Below, piece after piece: positions 36,744 through 45,151 of a DNA stretch of 64,000 bases. Numbering within the stretch: the stretch's first letter is position 1; each line of letters opens with the position of its first letter. The stretch comes from an uncultured Gemmatimonadales bacterium (GTDB lineage Bacteria > Gemmatimonadota > Gemmatimonadetes > Gemmatimonadales > GWC2-71-9): positions 544,001 through 608,000 of the forward strand of contig CAWHFW010000002.1 of assembly GCA_963828735.1 (NCBI GenBank), given 5' to 3'. A program made the position numbers and the translations under genes. Under the pieces are notes generated by a model. It had not been told where the DNA came from, searched no databases, and was given only the letters and a program-made list of their open reading frames with translations.

Positions 36744-38534
36744 ATGCCACATCCATCCAAAGGGGGGACGGCCGTCCTCGAGCGCGAGAAGCGCGCGACG
36801 CCCCCCGCCCAGGTGGCGCCCACTACGACGACGCCGCGCTCCTCGTCCCGCGGGAGCGAAACCACCCCCGAGCTGCTGGCCGCGCTTCAGAAGTACTCGA
36901 AGCTCAGTCCGTTCGAGATCAAGGACAAGCTGATCTTGCTCGCCAAGGAAAGCTCCAGGAAGTCCGCCGTGACCCTGCTGAATGCCGGTCGCGGCAATCC
37001 CAACTGGGTCGCAACCACGCCGCGCGAGGGCTTCTTCCTCCTGGGTCAGTTCGCCATCGGCGAGAGCAAGCGGGTCATGGATCTGCCCGACATCGGGGGA
37101 ATGCCCGACAAGCATGGCGTCGCGCACCGGCTCGAGGCGTTCCTGGCAGCCCACGCGGATGCGCCCGGTGCGGCGTTCCTCGGCGAGGCCGTCCGGTTCG
37201 CGATAGAAAAGTTCGCCTTCGACCCCGACGCGTTCGTGCACGAGCTCGTCGACTCGATCATCGGTGACAACTATCCCGTGCCGGACCGTATCCTGGTGCA
37301 CAACGAGCGGGTCGCCCAGGCGTACCTCGATTGGGCCATGTGCGGCGGGCGGCCGCCCAAGGGGACCTTCGACCTCTATGCGGTGGAGGGCGGCACCGCC
37401 GCCATGTGCTACATCTTCAAGTCGCTGATGCAGAACATGATCCTGCACAAGGGCGACACCATCGCGCTTGGCGCCCCGATCTTCACGCCGTATCTGGAGA
37501 TGCCGCACCTCAACGACTACGATCTGCACATTGTCCAGGTGAACGCCACCCAGGAGAATCGCCTCCAGTTCCCCGACTCGGAGCTCAAGAAGCTGGAGGA
37601 TCCCAAGATCAAGATGTTTTTCCTGGTGAATCCGGGGAACCCGTCGTCGGTCGCGGTGAGCGACGACGTGTTGAAGAAGCTCGTCACCCTGGTCAAGACC
37701 AAGCGACCGGACCTGCTCATCCTGACCGATGACGTCTACGGCACGTTCGTGCCCGGGTTCCGGTCGCTCATGGCGGACATCCCGCACAACACCATCGGGG
37801 TCTACTCGTACTCGAAGTACTTCGGCTGCACCGGCTGGCGCCTGGGGCTCATCGCACTCCACCAGGACAATCTCATCGACGAGATGATCGCCAAACTGCC
37901 ACCGAAGCAGCGGGACGTCCTCAGAAAGCGCTATTCTCCCATAACGCTCGATCCCGACAACCTCAAGTTCATCGACCGCGTGGTCGCGGACAGCCGCGAC
38001 GTGGCGCTCAACCACACCGCGGGGCTGTCGCTCCCTCAGCAGGTCCAGATGACGCTCTTCGGGCTGTTTCAGCTCATGGACGACGATCTGAGCTACCAGA
38101 AGGCCAGCGTCAAGATCGTGCGTGACCGCGCCGACGCCGCGATCAAGGGACTCGGCATCGATCTCACGCCAGGTCCGCTGTTCAGCGGCTACTATGGTAT
38201 CATCGACCTCGAATTCTGGCTCAGGAAGTATGTCGGCGAGGAGGTGCTGGACTTCATCAAGGAGAATTATCACCCGCTCGACGTCGTCTACCGGTTGGCC
38301 ACCGACCACTCGATCGTCCTGCTGAACGGCAGCGGTTTTGCCGCTCCGGACTGGTCGGTTCGGATCTCGTTCGCTAACCTGCAGGACGACGTGTATGATG
38401 ACATCGGCCGGGCCATCCGGGCCGTCGCCCGCTCGTACGTGGAGGCCTATCACTTCGCCCATCCGAACGGAGCGGGCAAGGAGAAGGGGTCGACGGGAGC
38501 TGCGGGCAAAGGAGAGCGGGCGTCTCACCGGTGA
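36744..38534 (+). CDS. aspD: L-aspartate 4-decarboxylase / aspartate transaminase
   Basis: LSPFEIKD, LNAGRGNPNW, EGGTAAM, TDDVY, SYSKYFGCTGWRLG and ALNHTAGLS. Confidence 0.92.
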   Translation: MPHPSKGGTAVLEREKRATPPAQVAPTTTTPRSSSRGSETTPELLAALQKYSKLSPFEIKDKLILLAKESSRKSAVTLLNAGRGNPNWVATTPREGFFLLGQFAIGESKRVMDLPDIGGMPDKHGVAHRLEAFLAAHADAPGAAFLGEAVRFAIEKFAFDPDAFVHELVDSIIGDNYPVPDRILVHNERVAQAYLDWAMCGGRPPKGTFDLYAVEGGTAAMCYIFKSLMQNMILHKGDTIALGAPIFTPYLEMPHLNDYDLHIVQVNATQENRLQFPDSELKKLEDPKIKMFFLVNPGNPSSVAVSDDVLKKLVTLVKTKRPDLLILTDDVYGTFVPGFRSLMADIPHNTIGVYSYSKYFGCTGWRLGLIALHQDNLIDEMIAKLPPKQRDVLRKRYSPITLDPDNLKFIDRVVADSRDVALNHTAGLSLPQQVQMTLFGLFQLMDDDLSYQKASVKIVRDRADAAIKGLGIDLTPGPLFSGYYGIIDLEFWLRKYVGEEVLDFIKENYHPLDVVYRLATDHSIVLLNGSGFAAPDWSVRISFANLQDDVYDDIGRAIRAVARSYVEAYHFAHPNGAGKEKGSTGAAGKGERASHR

Positions 38535-38604
38535 ATGCGGTGAGCCGGCGCGTCATCGGCGCGGTCCGTCCAACACACGCGGGTGGCACTACTGTGGAGG
38601 CGAG

Positions 38605-39123
38605 ATGTGGAGAGGAAACGCTCTGATCGTACTGGCAGGGGCCCTGGCGTGTTCGGGGCGCCCTGACGCGCGGCCGGCGTCCGAAGCCGGCGCGCCGCCG
38701 GCGTCCGAAACCGGTGCGCAGCCGGCATCCGGATCCGAGGCGCAGCCGGCTGCCGGGACCAGTACCGGCAGCCTGGAAGGAAGCTGGCGAGTCGTCAGTG
38801 TTTCGGTGAGCGGAAAGCCGTCCGCGATCGACGCGTCGGGGCGGACATGGACATTCCAGGACACTACGCTGGCCACCGCCCAGAATGGCAAGATCGACCA
38901 GCGGGGAACGGTAAGCATTGACAGCACTTCCTCGCCCCCCCGCCTCGATTTCCACCTCCAGAGGGGTTCCGGGACGGGCACCCTGGTGCGCCGCCAGATC
39001 TACCGACTTGCCGACGATACCCTGACCGTGGCGTACGCGCTCGAAAACTCGAGGCAGTCCTATCCGCGCTCGCTGGACGTCACCGATGGGGTGGTGAAGC
39101 TCAAGCTGGTCAAGGGCAAGTAG
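38605..39123 (+). CDS. TIGR03067-like lipoprotein
   Basis: ALAC lipobox, LEGSWRVVS...IDSTSSPPRLD...IYRLADDTLTVAY. Confidence 0.7.
   Translation: MWRGNALIVLAGALACSGRPDARPASEAGAPPASETGAQPASGSEAQPAAGTSTGSLEGSWRVVSVSVSGKPSAIDASGRTWTFQDTTLATAQNGKIDQRGTVSIDSTSSPPRLDFHLQRGSGTGTLVRRQIYRLADDTLTVAYALENSRQSYPRSLDVTDGVVKLKLVKGK
38674..38745 (+). repeat. 3 x 24-bp imperfect coding tandem repeat (PASEAGAP-like linker)
   Basis: ccggcgtccgaagccggcgcgccg / ccggcgtccgaaaccggtgcgcag / ccggcatccggatccgaggcgcag. Confidence 0.7.
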
Positions 39124-39146
39124 CAAGTCGAGGAGTACCGCCAACG

Positions 39147-39590
39147 ATGCGGAGAGGAATCACTCTGGTCGCGCTGGGCGTGGCCCTGTCGGGCCCGGCC
39201 AGCGCCCGGCGCAGGCATCCGGGGGTGACGCCGCAAGGCCGCAGGAAACCTGGCGCATCGTCGGGACGTGGGTGGAGGGAAAGCCGTCCGCGCTCGATGC
39301 GACGGGACAGACCTGGACCTTCCAGGGACAGCACGATCGCCACCGCCGACAACCGGAAGATCGATCTGCGGGGAACCGTGAGCATCGACAGCACCTCGTC
39401 ACCGGCGCGCCTGGACTTCTTCCTCCACCGGGATTCCACGGCCGGCACCCTGGTCCGGCGCCAGATCTACCAGCTGGCCGAGGACACCCTGACCGTGGCG
39501 TACGCGCTCCAGAGTTCGTCGAAGGCGTACCCGCGATCCCTCGACGTGACGAAAGAGGTGGTGAAGCTCAAGTTGGTGAAGAACCGCTAG
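39147..39590 (+). CDS. Tandem TIGR03067-like paralog carrying two compensating frameshifts
   Basis: The C-terminal half closely matches 38605..39123. The homologous segment WRIVGTWVEGKPSALDATGQTWTFQ lies in another frame between about 39209 and 39326. Confidence 0.65.
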   Translation: MRRGITLVALGVALSGPASARRRHPGVTPQGRRKPGASSGRGWRESRPRSMRRDRPGPSRDSTIATADNRKIDLRGTVSIDSTSSPARLDFFLHRDSTAGTLVRRQIYQLAEDTLTVAYALQSSSKAYPRSLDVTKEVVKLKLVKNR

Positions 39591-39629
39591 CCGCCCCAGG
39601 CCGGGGCGGTTCGCGCTTCGAGACCACCG

Positions 39630-40292
39630 ATGCGGGCATACCGACTCCTGCCGTGGCTGATCGCCTACGCCGTGGCGATGGCTTACGTCGAAGCGGCCGT
39701 CGTGGCGTACCTGCGAGCCCTCTACTACCCACACGGCTTCGCCTTTCCGCTGGTCCTCATGCCCGCCGGGCTGGCCGCGATCGAGATCGGCCGGGAAGCG
39801 GCGACCCTGGTCATGCTGCTGGGAGTTGCCGTCATGGCAGGCGTCGAGCGCTGGGAGCGGTTCCTGGCCTTCTGCGTCGGCTTCGGCGTGTGGGATCTCT
39901 TCTACTACGTATGGCTGTGGCTCCTGCTCGGCTGGCCTCCCTCCCTGCTCACGTGGGACGTGCTGTTCCTCATTCCGGTGCCGTGGATCGGACCCGTCCT
40001 GGCGCCGGCGCTCATCAGCGTGCTCCTCGTCGCCGGAGGGATTCTCATCCTGCGAGAGGAGGCCCAGGGCAGGCCGACACGCCTCACCGCCCCGCTCTGG
40101 ACGCTGGCCCTTGCAGGCGTCCTGCTGATCCTGGGCTCCTTCATGCTGGACTTCGGCGTCGTCCTCCGGCAGATGGAGCCCCCGCCATTTCGCTGGGGAC
40201 TGTTCGGCACTGGTGCCGCGCTGGCCGTGGCTGCCCTGCTGCTCGCCTTCCGCCGGAGATCGCGAGGAGCACCCTCGAGGACCGTGCTCTAG
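39630..40292 (+). CDS. Hypothetical multi-pass membrane protein
   Basis: EAAVVAYLR, REAATLVML and WDVLFLIPVPW, with about 6 TM segments. Confidence 0.75.
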   Translation: MRAYRLLPWLIAYAVAMAYVEAAVVAYLRALYYPHGFAFPLVLMPAGLAAIEIGREAATLVMLLGVAVMAGVERWERFLAFCVGFGVWDLFYYVWLWLLLGWPPSLLTWDVLFLIPVPWIGPVLAPALISVLLVAGGILILREEAQGRPTRLTAPLWTLALAGVLLILGSFMLDFGVVLRQMEPPPFRWGLFGTGAALAVAALLLAFRRRSRGAPSRTVL

Positions 40293-40909
40293 GCCCGCGG
40301 GACGGTCGCTCGCACGCCAGCATCACCGGACGTCGCCATCTCTGTGAGGAGCTCCTTGCACCCCGCCCCCCACCGGGAGATGGACTTGATGGCCTGCGTG
40401 AAGGGCACGTTCAGCGGATGCACCCGTTCCGCCGGGAGAACGTAAACGGCCCCGGCGAGCGGCGTGGGTATCGAGGGGACGAAGACGGTGAACCGGCCGT
40501 CCTCGAACTCCTCGATGATGAATGCGGGGACGAGGGCATCCTCGATCTCGGCGAACGCCGGCTTCCACACGTTCTCCTGGCCCTGCCCCACCAGCTGCTG
40601 GGTCAGACTTCGAAGCAGCGCGTAGCCCGGAATGCGCTCGAAGAAGGATCGCTCGACTCGCTCCCGCGCCGCGCGGCCCGCTCGAGTCCGGAGGGCGGCG
40701 CCGACGAGAAAACACACCACCAGCACGAGCAGGAGCGCCAGGAGATCTTCGGCGGGCAACCAATCCGGCAGCATCGCCGCGAATGGCTTGACGAGCCCCA
40801 CGAGGGATTTCATCGCCTTCAGGACCAGCAGGATCGCGAGGTACAGTGGAGCGACGACCAGCAGACCTCCCACCAGGGAGGTAATCACAAAGTCACGGAA
40901 TCGTTTCAT
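40289..40909 (-). CDS. DUF502-family membrane protein
   Basis: GGLLVVAPL, RIPGY and VFVPSIPTPLAG. AGGAGG RBS. Confidence 0.85.
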   Translation of the reverse strand: MKRFRDFVITSLVGGLLVVAPLYLAILLVLKAMKSLVGLVKPFAAMLPDWLPAEDLLALLLVLVVCFLVGAALRTRAGRAARERVERSFFERIPGYALLRSLTQQLVGQGQENVWKPAFAEIEDALVPAFIIEEFEDGRFTVFVPSIPTPLAGAVYVLPAERVHPLNVPFTQAIKSISRWGAGCKELLTEMATSGDAGVRATVPRA

Positions 40910-40991
40910 AAGACCCTCCTGAGGCGTCCGAGTCACCGTCTGGTGCCCGCCGCGTCCGGCAACTTGAGCCTTCTGCAGCGCCCTGCCGCCC

Positions 40992-41008
40992 TGCACCAAG
41001 GTGCAATG
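40992..41008 (+). promoter_or_regulatory. Regulon box (perfect 6-2-6 palindrome)
   Basis: tgcacc-aa-ggtgca-atg, with CAGCGT 21 bp downstream. Confidence 0.85.
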
Positions 41009-41042
41009 TCCCCGTATGTCGGTTTCCGGCAGCGTTTATAGG

Positions 41043-42197
41043 ATGCCACCTTTCCGACCCACCTCGGGTCTGGCGGCGGTCTGCCTCCTGCCGCTGGTTG
41101 CGGCTGCCTGCCTCAAGGTGCCGCAACAGTCCGCGTCGTTGACCGCGATCGAAGCCACCGATGTCACCGCGAGCGAGCTCCAGCTGCGCGTCTTCGAGGC
41201 GGGGCGGCGTCTCTCGTCCATCATCGAGGATGCCGCGGATACCATCGCCGCCCGCAGCCCGGATTCCACCATCCGCCGCAACGCCCTTCGCTGGAAGGTG
41301 GCGGCGATCCCGCTGATCCAGGAAGCCTCGCTCCGTCCCGACCCGGTGGTGGCCTTGGCCGACGTCTGGACCTTCACCATGCAGCTATCCGACTACTTGG
41401 AGCGAGGCGACGGGCGGGACGCATTCGGCGACCAGCAGCCGATCGCGATCGCCGCGACCGACACGCTCGAGCGCCTGGCATCGGATCTCGCCGCCCACGT
41501 CGTCGGCACCACCGAGAGCAAGCCCCGAGAGGAGCGGCTCCGCGTCTGGGCGGGGGACCACCCGATTCACGGCCCCGACCTCGCGCGGGAGTCCATTCTC
41601 TCGAGCGACATGAAGGCGCTCTCCCTCGGCGAGACCAGCCTGACCGGCACCGTCGCCAGCCTCCAACGCAACCTCGTGGGCATCAACAACCGGCTCGGCT
41701 ACGTGAACGAGGGAATCTTCAAGCGGGTGGTGTGGCAGGGCGAGTTGGCGGCAGGCGACGTGTTGCCTCCGATCCTCGCCCGTGCCCGGGCGGCCGCCCT
41801 GCAGTATCTCACCGAACAGGAGCGCGGGCTCCTCGGAGCAGTAGACTCGCAGCGGACGGCCGTGTTCGCCGCCCTCGCGGTCGAGCGCGGGACCGTGCTC
41901 GACCGCGTAGCGATGGAGCGAGCGATCGTGCTCGATGCCATCAGGGTAGAGCGGACCGCCACGCTGGCCGGCTTGCGCGACGAACGCGTAGCCGTGCTCC
42001 TCGCCATCGAGGCTGAGCGCCGCGCGGCGCTGGCCAAGATGGACAGCGTCGCTCAGGCATCCATCGACCACGCCGGGGCAGTCGTCGGCCGGCTCCTGCT
42101 CTGGACCGTCCTCGCACTCGTCGGCCTCGCAACCTTCGTCGGGATCGGCGCCGTGTGGATCACCCGCTCATGGAGGCCCGCGGGCGCGCGGGGGTAG
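41043..42197 (+). CDS. Hypothetical helical lipoprotein with a C-terminal TM anchor
   Basis: VAAAC lipobox, ER..xL 11-residue periodic helical repeats, C-terminal TM. Confidence 0.7.
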   Translation: MPPFRPTSGLAAVCLLPLVAAACLKVPQQSASLTAIEATDVTASELQLRVFEAGRRLSSIIEDAADTIAARSPDSTIRRNALRWKVAAIPLIQEASLRPDPVVALADVWTFTMQLSDYLERGDGRDAFGDQQPIAIAATDTLERLASDLAAHVVGTTESKPREERLRVWAGDHPIHGPDLARESILSSDMKALSLGETSLTGTVASLQRNLVGINNRLGYVNEGIFKRVVWQGELAAGDVLPPILARARAAALQYLTEQERGLLGAVDSQRTAVFAALAVERGTVLDRVAMERAIVLDAIRVERTATLAGLRDERVAVLLAIEAERRAALAKMDSVAQASIDHAGAVVGRLLLWTVLALVGLATFVGIGAVWITRSWRPAGARG

Positions 42198-42310
42198 GGC
42201 GGCGGTCCCAACGACGAACGACGCCGGGCCGCCATGATATCGGTCGGCGACCGTCAGGAGGCCCTCGACAATGTCGATGCGGTTGGTCGGCGCCGCCGCC
42301 GCCATGGCCG

Positions 42311-42495
42311 TCACGATGATGGGCCCGAGGGATAGTTCAGCTTGAGCTGGCGCTGGATGTTTCCGATACGCTCGCTGGGACGGGAGTGATCGCCGGCGAA
42401 GAAGTTGGAGAGCCTGTCCTCCTCGCCGTACTTGTCCTTGAACTTCTGCCAGAGGCCCGGACCCTTGGTCACGTCGAAGCCGGCCTCGTAGATGC
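42311..42495 (-). pseudogene. Probable C-terminal remnant of an M48-like peptidase
   Basis: YEAGFDV...LWQKF...NFFAGDHSRPSERI resembles M48 C-termini. No HExxH region is present. Confidence 0.4.
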
Positions 42496-42608
42496 GAGGA
42501 GAGCAGAAACGACAAGTCATCGACGCCCCGGCCTTCCAACCGCGGCTGGAGGCCCTGGCGACCGCGCGTCACGTGTAGCCATATGAGTCCCTCGAACGCT
42601 TCACTGGC

Positions 42609-44974
42609 CTATTCCCGAAGCAGCAGTCCGATCGCCTCGCGCGCCGGATCGCGGTACGGCTCTCCACTCACGTCCACCGTGACCCGGCGGATCGTGCCGC
42701 CGGTAAAGGCCCATGGCCGATACCCAGGATAGTCCGTGGTAACGGCGTCGCCGCCGTCGCGGCCGACGTCGAGGCCCTCGCCTGCGAGCGAGAAGCGGCC
42801 GGGCTGCGTGCGGATGGCCCGCTCGCCGACGACACGGCCGTCGAACTGCAGGCGCAGGACGCCGGCCGCCGCACCCGAGCCCTCCTCGCCCGTCTTCTCG
42901 AAGGCGGCCACGAGCACGGCGTCCCCGAGCGGCACGTCCTCGCTCGATTCGATCAGCTGGTCCTCGATCCCCACGAAGTTGTACACGTACCGGAGCCGGC
43001 GGTCCTTCACGTACAACGCGTGCCCGCCGAACCGGCCACCCATGGCGAAGAGGACGCCCGCCGCCTCCGCCGAGACGATCTCGACATGGGCGGCGACCGT
43101 GTAGGACCGGCCGCGGATGCTCACCGCCGCAGCTTCGGGAACCCCGGAGATGTTAGGGTAGTAGACATACCGCTTGCGGGCTCCGACGAGCGCGGGTCGC
43201 GGCGCCTCGAGAATCTCGGCCATGTTGCGGTCGTCGAGCGGCAGCGCCCCGTAGCGTCCCGCGCAGACGAACCAGAGGTTCTTGAGCTCCTCGAGCTTGG
43301 CCGGGTGCTGGGCCGCCAGATCGAAGCGCTCGGTGCGATCGTCGTCGGTGTTGTAGAGCTCCCACGTGTCGCGCGAAAAGTTGCCCCAGCCGGCGAGCGG
43401 CGGATGGGTGGTCACCGCCTTCCACCCCCTGCTCCAGATGCCGCGCGTCCCGAGCATGGAGTAGAACTGCAGGTCGCGGTGGCCGACGGCATACGCGTCC
43501 TCGAAGGTGTAGGCCAGGCTGATGCCCTCGATCGGCTTCTGCGTGTATCCCCGGACCGTGTCGGGCATGCGGGTGCCCGCGCACTCGAGCAGGGTCGGCA
43601 TCAAGTCGATCGCGTGGCAATACTGGGCTCGAATGCCGCTCCGGTCGGCGATGCCCCGGGGCCAGTACACGACGCAGGGAGCCGCGATCCCTCCCTCGAA
43701 CGAGGCGTACCGCTTCCACATCTTGAACGGGGTGTTGAACCCCATCGCCCAACCGGTACAGAAGTGGTTGTACGTCTCCGGCCCGCCCAGCTTCTCCAGC
43801 ATATCGGTGCGGCCGCGCAAGCGGTCGGGCACGCCATTCATCACGTGGTTGCCGTTCACCACGCCGTCCGGACCCTCCCTCGCCACTGGCTCCATTCCCC
43901 GACACCACGGCGCACGACGGTATTCTCGAGCTCGCCGGCGTCCTCGAGAAAGTCGACCAGCCGCCCGATGTGGTGGTCGGCATGACTCAACATCCCTGCG
44001 TACACCTCGGCCATTCGCGCGAACAGCGCCTGCTCCTCGGGCGAGAGCGAATACCATGGCTTGACCCAGTCCGCCGGCGGGTAGGGTTCGCCGTTCGGAC
44101 CCGAGCGAGTCGCGGGCGTGCCGACCGGATTGAGGGCGGGCAGGCCGACGTCCGGGAGCAGGATGCCCATCGACTTCTGTCGATTGAGGATACCCCGACG
44201 CATCTCCTCGTAGCCCGCGTCGAAATGACCGCGATACCGATCGGACCACTCGCGGGGTACCTGATGCGGCGCGTGGCACGCGCCGGGACAGAAATAGAGA
44301 AAGAAGGGCCGGTGCGGGGCGATGACCTTCGAATCCCGGATGAACTGGAGCGCGGTGTCGGTCAGGTCTTCCGTCAGGTGGTAGCCGGCTTCGGGCCCGC
44401 GAGGTGGCCCGACCGGATGGTTGTCGTGCACCAGCTCCGGGAAATACTGGCTGGTCTCGCCGCCGAGAAACCCGTAGAACCGCTCGAACCCTCGCCCGAG
44501 CGGCCAGCTTCGTTTGCTGGACGCGAGGTTCACCTCGCCCTCGGGGCACAGGTGCCACTTGCCCACCGCGTAGGTATTCCAGCCGTGCGAAACGAGCACC
44601 TCGGCAAGGCTGGCGCACTCGGGGGGGATGTAGCCGCTGGAGGAGGGGAAGCCGCTGGTGGCTTCACCCAGGCCCGCCATGCCGACGGTGGTGTGGTTGC
44701 GGCCCGTCAGCAGGCAGGCACGGGTCGCCGACGACACGCCCGTCGTGTGCCAGTTGGTGTAGCGGAGCCCGTTCCGGGCGAGCCGGTCGATGGCCGGCGT
44801 TTCGACCGGGCCGCCGAAGCACCCGAGCGACCCGAAGCCCACGTCGTCCAGCACGATGAGGACGATGTTGGGCACTCCGTCACGCGCCCGGGGCTGCTCG
44901 TAGGGCCGCCAATCGGGGCGGGAGTCACGGATGTCGAGGGTCGCGTTGCCGCGGAAAGCACGGGTAACTGGCAC
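42609..44974 (-). pseudogene. Arylsulfatase paralog, frameshifted and with a degenerate active site
   Basis: The N-terminal ORF 43856..44974 and the C-terminal frame ending at 42609 are joined through two +1 shifts (about 43912 and 43874). The motif reads SSATR instead of CSPTR. Confidence 0.8.
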
Positions 44975-45125
44975 TGTGGACCCCCCTCAGAGGATCGCGC
45001 ATCCGGGTGGGGCGCAAGACCAGCACGGCGAAGTACGCGCACACCAAGCCGGGACGTCCGGGTGGCCCCCAGGAGGTGAACACCATTGGCTTCAGCGAAG
45101 GTGTCCCCGGAAGTCGAGGGGCGCA

Positions 45126-45142
45126 CAGTGGACCTTCGTGCA
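45126..45142 (-). promoter_or_regulatory. Regulon box
   Basis: Minus strand tgcacgaaggtccactg, with CACCTT 22 bp downstream. Confidence 0.85.
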
Positions 45143-45151
45143 CACGGCGAC

